Shown here in pieces: positions 21,359 to 30,370 of a stretch of 64,000 nt of DNA. This DNA comes from an uncultured candidatus Porisulfidus sp. GTDB lineage: Bacteria; Pseudomonadota; Gammaproteobacteria; Poriferisulfidales; Oxydemutatoraceae. The stretch is from NCBI GenBank assembly GCA_965215125.1, contig OZ244052.1:32001-96000 (forward strand), written 5' to 3'. A program made the position numbers and the translations under genes. The notes beneath the pieces are model-generated. The model did no database searches and had not been told where the DNA came from. It saw nothing but the letters and a program-made list of their open reading frames with translations. The number at the start of each line of letters is the position of its first letter. Within the stretch, counting starts at the first letter, position 1.

Positions 21359-22745
21359 CTTCCAGCGTCTCTATATCTATATAGGTATTCAGTTCTCCGC
21401 ATATCAGGTTGATATTATCAATCGCATTATCAAAAACTGACATCTCTTTAATGCCTCTTTCGTCTATATTACATGGACTTAACTTCCCATCTTCACAGAT
21501 ATATGCTTTAACAGAATTAGGGTTCAAGCAATCATTCTCCGTATATTCTTTTTTATGCTTTTCAAGAAATTCTTTCTTCCCTTCAAAATTTCGATGCAAC
21601 ATAATCAAGTTATCAATTTCCTTGATTATATAATCACTGTGGGTTGTTATCAGTACCTTTATCCCATTGTTAACACAAAATGCCAAAAGCCGAGCCATTA
21701 AAACTTGATTGCTCGGGCTCAAATGGCTCTCGGGTTCATCAATAATAAGAATTTGCCCTGATATCGCAAGATGTTTTAAGTAAAAATATAAGCTCAAAAT
21801 CCCGCGAGCAGATGACGAAGCAAGATGTAAAGGTATCTCAAATCTATTTTTTCCTCTTTTATTGGAGATAAATTTAATTACATCTTTTTCTACTTTATAG
21901 TAGCCACCTATCATATTCTTTACTAAACTCACTGCATCCGTTGTCAATCCATTTTTCTGTTTTGCAACATACAATAAATCCCTAATGAAATCTACGTTGT
22001 GCTGTATAGATATCGCATAGCGTGCACTCGCTTTTTCAATAAACTCAATTGGGTCAAAATCTTCGGTATCTGATAATCTTTGTAGCTCCTGAACCAGTCT
22101 ATTTCTAGTAAAATCTAATTCTTTATAAAAAAGCGAGATGCCAAACCTTTCGGCAGGTAGAATAAATGGTTCAACACTATCCTCTCGGACCATTTTTTCA
22201 AAGAAAATATGTGGTTTTTTAAGTTGACTTGGGAATGTAGCATATTCTGGATTATCAATCTTAAATTTTAGATTTTCACTTTGAGAGAAGTATTTTATTA
22301 ATGCTTTTGCACCCTCGGTATTCCGTATTGGAATTTCTCCTTTTATTAGTTCATTTTCTTCTTCAAACCGAAAGCTAGCTTTTTCAAATTCGTTTTTCGG
22401 ACAACTAAAAACCTGATGAATAATTCTTTGTGAAAAAAGTTTGGATGCTGCCTTCATCAACCAATTACTCATATTCCGGTATTCAGCAAGAGTTATTTCT
22501 GCCGACCCTGTCGCTTCTATTTGCTGAGCAGTTTCTTTAATTTTTACAAAATATTCCTCAGGGTATTTTCCGAGCCTATAGAAAAGATTAAATCCACTAT
22601 CTTTCCAAAAATCTAAAAAGCCATAGAGTGTATAAACCAAATAGGTTTTACCGGTGTTATTTTGCCCGGCAATAATGGTTAAATCCCCCAGTTCCAATTC
22701 GGCATCTTTAATCGGACCGATATTTTGAAATCTTGCTTTAATCAT
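21351..22745 (-). CDS. ABC/AAA_15-21-type ATPase (defence-associated)
   Basis: NIGPI start, Walker A GQNNTGKT, signature-like ASSSARG, Walker B IIDEPESHLSP, ITTHSDY. Confidence 0.88.
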   Translation of the reverse strand: MIKARFQNIGPIKDAELELGDLTIIAGQNNTGKTYLVYTLYGFLDFWKDSGFNLFYRLGKYPEEYFVKIKETAQQIEATGSAEITLAEYRNMSNWLMKAASKLFSQRIIHQVFSCPKNEFEKASFRFEEENELIKGEIPIRNTEGAKALIKYFSQSENLKFKIDNPEYATFPSQLKKPHIFFEKMVREDSVEPFILPAERFGISLFYKELDFTRNRLVQELQRLSDTEDFDPIEFIEKASARYAISIQHNVDFIRDLLYVAKQKNGLTTDAVSLVKNMIGGYYKVEKDVIKFISNKRGKNRFEIPLHLASSSARGILSLYFYLKHLAISGQILIIDEPESHLSPSNQVLMARLLAFCVNNGIKVLITTHSDYIIKEIDNLIMLHRNFEGKKEFLEKHKKEYTENDCLNPNSVKAYICEDGKLSPCNIDERGIKEMSVFDNAIDNINLICGELNTYIDIETLEDD

Positions 22746-22792
22746 TTTACTAACACGAAGTTCTATGAAAAATCACTGCTCAACCTCGACAA

Positions 22793-25603
22793 TCAACCGG
22801 TGATTTGCTCTTGGTTCTGTTGATTATTAGCATATTCTGCTAGAACATCTATTATCTCGGCAGGCTCTTTTGCGATCTCAAAAGCCCACACCCCGTATTT
22901 GCCATCTTCGTTGACCGCTTGAACCCACTCCTTCATATATCTATGCTTTTCGTCGTTCCTAGCTATGTCCGGTTGCCATCCCTTTACTTCAAGTACGAGA
23001 TGCTGTCCGGATTTCAACCGAATGATAAAGTCGGGATAATATCTTCTAAGCACACCATTGTGAACATAAAGTACACTGAAACCAATGTGGTCGTTTTTGA
23101 CCCATGCGTCTATCATTGCATCTCTATCTAATTGGAATGTACTAAAGCCTTCCCACCTACTATCAAAAACGCACCGATTGATATGGCTTTTTTTGGTTAT
23201 CTTGGTCGGCTTCCCGGTGCGCCACGGACGCATATCCCCGGTTGAGCAGATAGGATGGTTGCTATCAAGCACCAACGATGTTTTTTCGGTGTTGTCCTGC
23301 TTGATTGCATCCCCAAAATGGCGTATGACCGATGTCATCTTAAGTGCTATCACAAGTTTTCTTCTTAATTCATTGTTATTATAGGATTTAGGCTTCACTT
23401 CGATAAGATCCGAGTTGATAAATTGTTCGGCTAGCCGCACGAGCTCGGCTATCAGTATCGGTTCGGGGATTTTCCAGTCGAGTTTGATTTCTTCGTACAC
23501 CGACTGGGCTGCCTTGAAAATCAATGTCTGCTTTCTATTTGTTCGCATAAACTCTTCAAGATCTATATCTCGTATTCTAGAAATATCGGGTTTACCGCCT
23601 ACAGTCTCAGCCATCTCTACTATTTCTATAATTTCGGTTGCATCGATCGGCAGTGGATCAACTTTTTCCCAATCTACCGAAAGCCTATGCTTATAAGCTC
23701 TATCTATTCTGATAACATTCGGCCATTGAATAGCAAATTTTTGCTTTGAATCTAGCGGTTGAACGGTAATTTTATTACCCTTACCCCCACCTCCGCCATC
23801 ATTTGTTCTTTCGTGTGGTAAAAAAGTAAACGGCACACCGAATACTTCAACATATTCCGGCTCGAACAAACCGGTGTCTTCGTTAACATCGTAACATGAA
23901 CGACGCAACCCTCTGCCTACAACCTGCTCGCATAATAACTGGCTGGTAAATGCCCGCAATCCCATGATATGTGTGACCGTATGCGCATCCCACCCTTCGG
24001 ATAGCATATCTACCGAGATAACATTTTGTATCTTTTCTCCCGGCTTACCCTCTTGTCCGACAGTATTTACTTTTTCTCTGAGCGTTTCCACTTTTGCCTT
24101 TTTCGTAGCCCTCGCTTTTGGTGTTTTGTCTCCTTCGTCGGTTTCCGTAGGACTCGATTCCATCGCTTCCTCTTTTTTCAGCACCTTTGAATCTATATGC
24201 AAAATACCGTCTTGGTTACAAAACAACTCCGAATCCGTTATGTGCTTATGCCTAAACGCATGCGCAATGCGCTCCGCCGTTTCCGTTCTATTGGTAACCG
24301 TAATCATTACCGGAGGGGTTGGCGCATCAGCCCATTCTTTCTTTACTTTATCCCAATCCGCTCCGAGTAAAAAATAGGCATTCTTAATCAGTTGAGGCAA
24401 CGGTTCATGAGATCTAGCTTTACGATTTAAGTCGGCTTTAACATCGGGGTCGCTATATATATGGTAGAGCCGAGATTTGTTAGTTCCTGAATCCGATAAT
24501 GTATCATCGTCAATAGCGATGTGCGGTGTTTTAACCAAACCGGCTTCAATCGCATCGTTCAACCCGAAATCACTGACAATCCATCTAAACAAAGACTCCT
24601 CGGTTGTTCTATTGCTACCGGGTGCAAACGGTGTTGCGGAAAAATCAAAGCAAGTCAAAATACCTTGTGCTTCGTGCAGTCGGTCAAGCCCACCCACCCA
24701 GATAGTTGCCTCCTCTTCTTCATCCTTTTTGATACCTTTCATCGACGAACCTGCAGGAATACGCCATGCGTGGTGTGCTTCGTCGTTGATAACGATAATG
24801 TTTTTGGCTTTTGCCATATCACCGAGCACATCTCGAGCATAGGCATTGTCGCTTTTGACACTGCGTTTATCTACGCTCTTTTTCTTGTTAATTTTCTCTT
24901 CGCTGTCCCACTGGAGTGCGTGCCAGTTGCGTATCAATACCTTTGCCTGTGCAAGTTTCTCTCTTAAAGACACCGGCACAACATCAAATTCCTCATAATA
25001 GTTTTTAGGCTCGGAAGGCATGAGTACCGAAAGACGCTCTCTAACCGTCAAGTTCGGGGCAACAACGAAGATATTCTTAGAGAAGCGACCGTCATTGGGA
25101 TAAGTTGCCTTGTTGATTACTTGCCAAGCAATCAACATTGCCATCACGACCGTCTTGCCGGTGCCGGTAGCGAGTTTGGAACACAAACGGCGAAACGATC
25201 CACCGTCACCCTCAACATCAATACCGGTTTTTTCCGAATCGGGTGTTTCAATCAGCCATATTAAGGTTTCAATCGCCTCAATCTGACAAAAGAAAAACCG
25301 ACGCTCTCGTCGCTCTTCGTCTTGCCAATGCTCAAGTAGTGCTTTGGTGACACCGGTAATGCCCGGGCGACCGGCATCACGCCATTTATCTACACGCTGC
25401 CGAATCTTATTAACTAAAGGCAACTCTATGAATACCCCCATATCTTGATAAGGTTTCGTTGCCCTAGGGTCGGAGACTAAATAGCCCGCCGAGCGACGCT
25501 TGTCTACGAGTTCGGGAGGAGAATCGCTATCGGAAAATTTCCAGTGTTTTGACGGGTATTTATACGGTGAATTGATGATAAGACTAGATTTCATACTTTG
25601 CAT
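22793..25603 (-). CDS. res: Type III restriction enzyme Res subunit (SF2 helicase + PD-(D/E)XK endonuclease)
   Basis: FFCQIEAIET, ATGTGKT, INDEAHH, SATP, MLSEGWD, EQVVGRGLRR; C-terminal YYPDFII...LEVKG. Confidence 0.93.
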   Translation of the reverse strand: MQSMKSSLIINSPYKYPSKHWKFSDSDSPPELVDKRRSAGYLVSDPRATKPYQDMGVFIELPLVNKIRQRVDKWRDAGRPGITGVTKALLEHWQDEERRERRFFFCQIEAIETLIWLIETPDSEKTGIDVEGDGGSFRRLCSKLATGTGKTVVMAMLIAWQVINKATYPNDGRFSKNIFVVAPNLTVRERLSVLMPSEPKNYYEEFDVVPVSLREKLAQAKVLIRNWHALQWDSEEKINKKKSVDKRSVKSDNAYARDVLGDMAKAKNIIVINDEAHHAWRIPAGSSMKGIKKDEEEEATIWVGGLDRLHEAQGILTCFDFSATPFAPGSNRTTEESLFRWIVSDFGLNDAIEAGLVKTPHIAIDDDTLSDSGTNKSRLYHIYSDPDVKADLNRKARSHEPLPQLIKNAYFLLGADWDKVKKEWADAPTPPVMITVTNRTETAERIAHAFRHKHITDSELFCNQDGILHIDSKVLKKEEAMESSPTETDEGDKTPKARATKKAKVETLREKVNTVGQEGKPGEKIQNVISVDMLSEGWDAHTVTHIMGLRAFTSQLLCEQVVGRGLRRSCYDVNEDTGLFEPEYVEVFGVPFTFLPHERTNDGGGGGKGNKITVQPLDSKQKFAIQWPNVIRIDRAYKHRLSVDWEKVDPLPIDATEIIEIVEMAETVGGKPDISRIRDIDLEEFMRTNRKQTLIFKAAQSVYEEIKLDWKIPEPILIAELVRLAEQFINSDLIEVKPKSYNNNELRRKLVIALKMTSVIRHFGDAIKQDNTEKTSLVLDSNHPICSTGDMRPWRTGKPTKITKKSHINRCVFDSRWEGFSTFQLDRDAMIDAWVKNDHIGFSVLYVHNGVLRRYYPDFIIRLKSGQHLVLEVKGWQPDIARNDEKHRYMKEWVQAVNEDGKYGVWAFEIAKEPAEIIDVLAEYANNQQNQEQITG

Positions 25604-25609
25604 TATAGG

Positions 25610-25984
25610 TTAAGGGATTAAATTTTCCTTCGGTACGAAAAAAGGCGGCATCTCACACCATACAACATGTCCCTTTCTAATCCAATAATGACATCTACAC
25701 GAATGTCTGGTAACAAATATGGAAGGATTGAGAGTCAATGTGCCGTTTTTATGTTCCTGAACCTTCCATCTCCTAACAGAGTCCGCAGAGACTTCCAAGT
25801 GAATGATTTTCTTGCATTTTTTCTTAGGACAGGTAATCGCAGCATAAAAAGGATATTTCCGCCCCCCTATGATATAGATTGTATTTTTCTCTATATTGTC
25901 GGGTAGATCCTCAACCCATTTTGTCCTATATCGCTTTTTGAGCCTTTGAGTGTAGTTGAATATCTTAAGTAAGTATCTTATGAT
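25610..25984 (-). CDS. DUF6527-like protein (124 aa; the ORF track shows only the last 62 aa); non-ATG or mutated start
   Basis: Frame is open from ATC at 25984 (5 nt after GGAGG): IIRYLLK...WVEDLPDNIEKNTIYIIGGRKYPFYAAITCPKKKCKKIIHLEV...RW...GTLTLNPSIFV...CRCHYWIRKGHVVW. Confidence 0.7.
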   Translation of the reverse strand: MIRYLLKIFNYTQRLKKRYRTKWVEDLPDNIEKNTIYIIGGRKYPFYAAITCPKKKCKKIIHLEVSADSVRRWKVQEHKNGTLTLNPSIFVTRHSCRCHYWIRKGHVVWCEMPPFFVPKENLIP

Positions 25985-27378
25985 TTTTTCCTCCTTTTTA
26001 AGTTTTGAATTAGCATACTCCCTTCTCCCGTACCTAGATATTTCTTAAAGACAGAACCGTCGTCGCTTTCATTCTCTTGATTCAAATAACACCCTTGAAC
26101 CAACTGGAATGTTTGAGTGCCAAATTTTGAATTATCGTCTAATCTAAAATTATGGAGCCGCGCCAAAAAATCGTTAAATGCCAAACAAGCCGCCTGCATA
26201 TTAACGGACATTACGGCAGGTTGATCTTCCACAACACCTTTCAAGTACCCTTCTTGTATCCGTTTTTTGTAATGTTTCACATCATCACGCTTTAACCTCT
26301 CTGCCGTAACCTGCTCGCTCGTATAAACCCCTCTATCTAATAAGCTACAACTATCGGGATGTATATATCGGGAAACGGCATTCGCCTGAGAAATACCACC
26401 TTTGCCATCGGACTCTAAATAAACACCGACATCAAAATAAGGAATCAAATATGCCTTAGAGATACACTCCAGATGATAGCGCCCTGCTGCAGAATCCACA
26501 CAACCAAAAACAATATCGCAATCAACCAAAGACTCTATGGAGCCTTTATCGTAAGTATCCAATTTATGTATTTCCACATTTACATTCATATCCATTTTTT
26601 CAATCGCTCGCCGCAAAACTTCAACTTTGAATACACCTTTTTTTGCATCGCTTTTTTGGGAGTTCATAATGCGGTTAAGGTTTTTTTCTTCTACGACATC
26701 CGGGTCTATCAATACTAAACTGCCTATACAGTTACGCGCTAAAAGTTCAACTATGATGCTGCCGGTTCCCGAACACCCCACCACACCGACTTTCAATAAG
26801 CGAAGTAAATCAAAAGTTCCTTTACCGAAAGTCTGCGATATTCTGGTTGCATAACCGGGAATTTTACTTTTTGATTTGGTCTGCTTCCATATCTTAATAT
26901 TTTCACCGACAACCGATACACTTTCTACAAGAGTAAACTCTCCGTGCTCATTGTATGTTCTAGCTTTGATGCTACCGTCCGGAAGCATAATCGCCGAACC
27001 GTTGAGTCGATTATCGTCAAACCACGCGGATATTGAATGAAACAAAGCTCTATCATTTTCATCGTCGGTTATCGAGAAATCATTGCAACCCTTCGGATGA
27101 CTATGGATAGTAAATACCGAGAGTTTCTTTTTATCTATTTGATCTATCTTTTGAGGTGGCATATATTGGGAAAACGGCCAAGATACATAAATCGGAGTTT
27201 GTTTCTCGTATTCGGACGGTGGAATTAGTATCGCCTCTCCGACTATCAGTCTAGTGCTTTGCAATCCTATCCCCGATGCGCAAAGCATAACTGCAGCGGC
27301 TTCCAACTTATCCCCCGAATGTAGATGATCTTTTAAGGTTTTATGGGTAGCTTCGCCGAGTACTAGAGATGTATACAT
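25978..27378 (-). CDS. JAB/JAMM peptidase - ThiF/E1-like adenylyltransferase fusion
   Basis: N-terminal E...HSHP-x6-S-x2-D JAMM motif (IHSHPKGCNDFSITDD); C-terminal VGVVGCSGTGS, DPDVVEEKNLNR, GCVDS, PAVMSVN. Confidence 0.9.
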   Translation of the reverse strand: MYTSLVLGEATHKTLKDHLHSGDKLEAAAVMLCASGIGLQSTRLIVGEAILIPPSEYEKQTPIYVSWPFSQYMPPQKIDQIDKKKLSVFTIHSHPKGCNDFSITDDENDRALFHSISAWFDDNRLNGSAIMLPDGSIKARTYNEHGEFTLVESVSVVGENIKIWKQTKSKSKIPGYATRISQTFGKGTFDLLRLLKVGVVGCSGTGSIIVELLARNCIGSLVLIDPDVVEEKNLNRIMNSQKSDAKKGVFKVEVLRRAIEKMDMNVNVEIHKLDTYDKGSIESLVDCDIVFGCVDSAAGRYHLECISKAYLIPYFDVGVYLESDGKGGISQANAVSRYIHPDSCSLLDRGVYTSEQVTAERLKRDDVKHYKKRIQEGYLKGVVEDQPAVMSVNMQAACLAFNDFLARLHNFRLDDNSKFGTQTFQLVQGCYLNQENESDDGSVFKKYLGTGEGSMLIQNLKRRKKS

Positions 27379-27390
27379 TTATAAACCCTA

Positions 27391-27783
27391 TTAAGCCTCA
27401 TTTTTTAATGTGTCCTCTACCCAAGACAAATGATATACAACATTATGGTGGTTAGGATTCCATTCATAGTGCCTAGACCATCTCTGCCAATTTTTATTAA
27501 AATGATTTTCATCGGCAAGACAAGCGATTGCTTCCCCGTCCGTGCGAACTATAGCGGGAGAAAAATAAAACATATCTATTTCAACGACCGGGTAGTCAGT
27601 TGGAATGATTATCATCAGGTCGGATTTTTCAGGCGTGTATTTTGAAGAGGGTAATGGATAATCGCAAATAATTATGCCATACTCGCCGCCTTCGGAGACC
27701 GGTTTCCAACAACTAAAATTTGCATTTAGATATTCTATGTCTTCTTCAGACAACCTCTCTTTAAGTAAATCATGTTCTGCCAC
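27391..27783 (-). CDS. Prokaryotic E2/UBC-like protein (Prok-E2_E type)
   Basis: YPLP...IIIPTDYP...IDMFYFSP...WQRWSRH motifs; lies between Ubl and E1 genes. Confidence 0.8.
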   Translation of the reverse strand: MAEHDLLKERLSEEDIEYLNANFSCWKPVSEGGEYGIIICDYPLPSSKYTPEKSDLMIIIPTDYPVVEIDMFYFSPAIVRTDGEAIACLADENHFNKNWQRWSRHYEWNPNHHNVVYHLSWVEDTLKNEA

Positions 27784-27785
27784 CT

Positions 27786-28523
27786 CTAACCTTGTTGTGC
27801 TTGTTTCATAACCGTCTCAAAACGTTCAACTCCTTCCTCAGCAAAATCCACAATCTCTTCCGGTTCTATAGATTTTCTAAGTCCGCCACTAAATTTTCGA
27901 TTAAGCGACCATTCGCTATAATTTTTTCCTGCTAGGCTTAAAATTTCACGACCTTCCCTCTCTCGCTTATCCACTATGTACTTTTTTTTATCAATCTTGA
28001 TTTCATATTTGTCAAATTTCGGAGGTATGCGTCCCTTTTTTGCACACTCTTCCAAATCAACTGAATCATCGTCGCCGGAAGGCACCGTAAAATACACATC
28101 GGTCTCTTGAACAACGAGAGTCATATCATCTTGTATCAAATCGTCGGTTTTGCCTGCTACATCTGCAAACAGTTTAGGTGATTCCAATTCCTCGTCTCTG
28201 CACGAAATATCATTGCCGATTAACTTTACTTTCTCTAATCCTTGTTCAATCTTCTTGCCGTTGAACTCAAAACGTACAGGGTTTCGGACCGAAGGGTTAT
28301 CTCCTATATCCTCGTTAATGTTATCAACAAATATATCCTCGCCACCGTGAATAATGATGTAGTCATCGGGTAATAACGGAATATCTATATCTCCGGATTT
28401 ATTGAGATAAAGACATTTCTCATCGGACTTGATGCCCGAATTTTCGTATAATTTACCTACTTGTGTAAGCCCTTTTTCTCTTTCTGTTTGCTCACCGGCT
28501 AACATTATTGTAACTTTGCTCAT
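27786..28523 (-). CDS. Multi-ubiquitin-like (three beta-grasp domains) protein ending in Gly
   Basis: Three ~70-aa Ubl-like segments; last one YEIKIDK...GREILSLAGK...IVDFAEEGVERFET; C-terminus QAQQG-stop. Confidence 0.8.
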   Translation of the reverse strand: MSKVTIMLAGEQTEREKGLTQVGKLYENSGIKSDEKCLYLNKSGDIDIPLLPDDYIIIHGGEDIFVDNINEDIGDNPSVRNPVRFEFNGKKIEQGLEKVKLIGNDISCRDEELESPKLFADVAGKTDDLIQDDMTLVVQETDVYFTVPSGDDDSVDLEECAKKGRIPPKFDKYEIKIDKKKYIVDKREREGREILSLAGKNYSEWSLNRKFSGGLRKSIEPEEIVDFAEEGVERFETVMKQAQQG

Positions 28524-28524
28524 C

Positions 28525-29100
28525 TTAATTTCTCCGACTATGATTAGCTTGTGATTTTATCATATCCCCTCGGAGCCTGTTATATGCTTGTTGAGAAGTT
28601 AGAATATCCGCACCTTTCCTGCGTCCACTGCTCGTAGGAATTCTCAGCAGCTTTTGGCGACGCACTCCTATTTGGGTTCCTTCGTCAATCATGTCCCTTC
28701 GGTCATTCGTAATCAAAATACGACCTTGCTTGAACGCTACATAAACAAAAAATTTATCGGTTCCCGGTTTGCCTTGAGGTTCGGAAATGATTCCTTTAAT
28801 ACCCACCATCAATTTATCATTAAGATAAACTGTTATACATTTATGGTTTTCAGGTTTCACCCAATAACGGAGCAAGCGTCTCTTTTTAGAGTCATCATTA
28901 ATCTGCTGAATCCTTTTGGTTAAGCGCTTATGATATTCATCGGTGATTCTTCTTTTATCATCTACCAACAGCTTTATTTTGTCATTACATAGCTGCTTTA
29001 ATAATTGGTCAATATGCCTGTTTGTATTTTCCCGAGGGTTTAATAAATGCTCAAAAATATTGGTATCTATTGCAATAGAATCCTTTGTTAGGTTATCCAT
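28525..29100 (-). CDS. PIN-domain-like putative ribonuclease
   Basis: IAIDTNIF (N-terminal Asp), DEY, TDKFFVYVA, LITNDRRD acidic residues in PIN order; 8-nt overlap with the ATPase. Confidence 0.6.
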   Translation of the reverse strand: MDNLTKDSIAIDTNIFEHLLNPRENTNRHIDQLLKQLCNDKIKLLVDDKRRITDEYHKRLTKRIQQINDDSKKRRLLRYWVKPENHKCITVYLNDKLMVGIKGIISEPQGKPGTDKFFVYVAFKQGRILITNDRRDMIDEGTQIGVRRQKLLRIPTSSGRRKGADILTSQQAYNRLRGDMIKSQANHSRRN

Positions 29101-30370
29101 CTCGATCGTCGGACGCCCCCATATTTAGCTCCTCTATCAAATCGGCACCGAAAAACTCCATAGGTAATCCCTTTTGCATAGTTCCATCATCTTTGATAGT
29201 AAGATTGGTGACCGTAGGTATTTTTTCGTCATAATTAAAATAAGCGATTGAAACATCCTTGGGCGATATATGTCCTTTGACAACATGGTTACGAATTCTC
29301 AACAGAATATTCTCGCTATGGGTCTCAATAATTGACCCGACCTTGCGTTCTTTCCATAAATCAACAAAGAAACTTCCCATTTCAATTTGGGCGGTCGGAT
29401 GAATTTGTGCTTCGGGTTGTTCAACGATCAACTGCGAATAAGAGTTCATCAAAAGCCCTTGAACAAATACCGGCATACATTGGCTAACACCGAAACCAAA
29501 ACAAGATAGATTAACTTTGGCTTTGCCCATTTCGTGTATTGCTGAACATGCGGCGAATTGATTTTCCAGCTCCTTTATAGTGATGTAATCTATGTTTAAT
29601 ACCTTTTTAGCATGCTTAATTAAAAGCTCTCTCTTCTTTTTATTCTCGAGAATTTTCTCTCTCCATAATTGAAAAACCGTATCCTCTCCCATTTTTCCTA
29701 CATATCTATTAGGATGTGGATGGTATATCGGAGCAAATCCTTCCAGCTCTTCTCTAGCAGCTGCTAAATGTTCTAAAGATTGAATATCTCCTGTAAGTTT
29801 TTCTACACATCTTCTCATAACAGAGTCTAATACCAATTCATCTATCGGTTCATTTTTAGAAATTGACTCATTTATTTCTATTGGTTCGTCTGTGGAATAA
29901 AGAAATGTAGAATTTGATGAAATATCCGATGACCCTTCTAAAAAGCGTTTACCTTTCCCTAATAAATTTATTTTTTGCTTACCCGAAAATATACCATTTT
30001 TGTTATATGGGGTTATTACCTTAACCTCGTATTCTCTTATTATGTCGCTTATCTTATGTTCTTTGAGAAAGTTAAAAAAATAGCCGCTAGGGCTATCATA
30101 TTCATCATCAACCTTCAAAGAAAAAGTAAGATTAGGTAATCTTCTATTTTTGTTTTTTAGTTCATAAAATACGCCGAGATCAGTTTCTTCACCACTGGTA
30201 GTCAAGAAACTTCTAGTGTTTGTGGTTGATTGCTTAAGCATCATCAAAAACTTAATAATAGAGGATTTTCCCGAATTGTTTTTCCCTATCAGAATAGTAA
30301 TAGGACGAAATCTCACGGTGACTTTATCTCCGAATAAACGAAAATTAGACAATTTAAGCTCTTTGATCAT
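29093..30370 (-). CDS. ABC/AAA-type ATPase with DUF3696-like C-terminus
   Basis: LSNFRLF, Walker A GKNNSGKSS, GFGVSQCMP, VEQPEAQIHP, IETHSE, C-terminal DDGT...LPMEFFG; ATGA overlap with mod. Confidence 0.88.
   Translation of the reverse strand: MIKELKLSNFRLFGDKVTVRFRPITILIGKNNSGKSSIIKFLMMLKQSTTNTRSFLTTSGEETDLGVFYELKNKNRRLPNLTFSLKVDDEYDSPSGYFFNFLKEHKISDIIREYEVKVITPYNKNGIFSGKQKINLLGKGKRFLEGSSDISSNSTFLYSTDEPIEINESISKNEPIDELVLDSVMRRCVEKLTGDIQSLEHLAAAREELEGFAPIYHPHPNRYVGKMGEDTVFQLWREKILENKKKRELLIKHAKKVLNIDYITIKELENQFAACSAIHEMGKAKVNLSCFGFGVSQCMPVFVQGLLMNSYSQLIVEQPEAQIHPTAQIEMGSFFVDLWKERKVGSIIETHSENILLRIRNHVVKGHISPKDVSIAYFNYDEKIPTVTNLTIKDDGTMQKGLPMEFFGADLIEELNMGASDDRDG

Noticed and set aside
25978-27378. 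ThiF gene as thiamine/molybdopterin biosynthesis, or as CBASS Cap2
   Set aside because: It is fused to JAB and flanked by E2 and multi-Ubl genes; there are no thi/moa genes and no CD-NTase cyclase in the operon.
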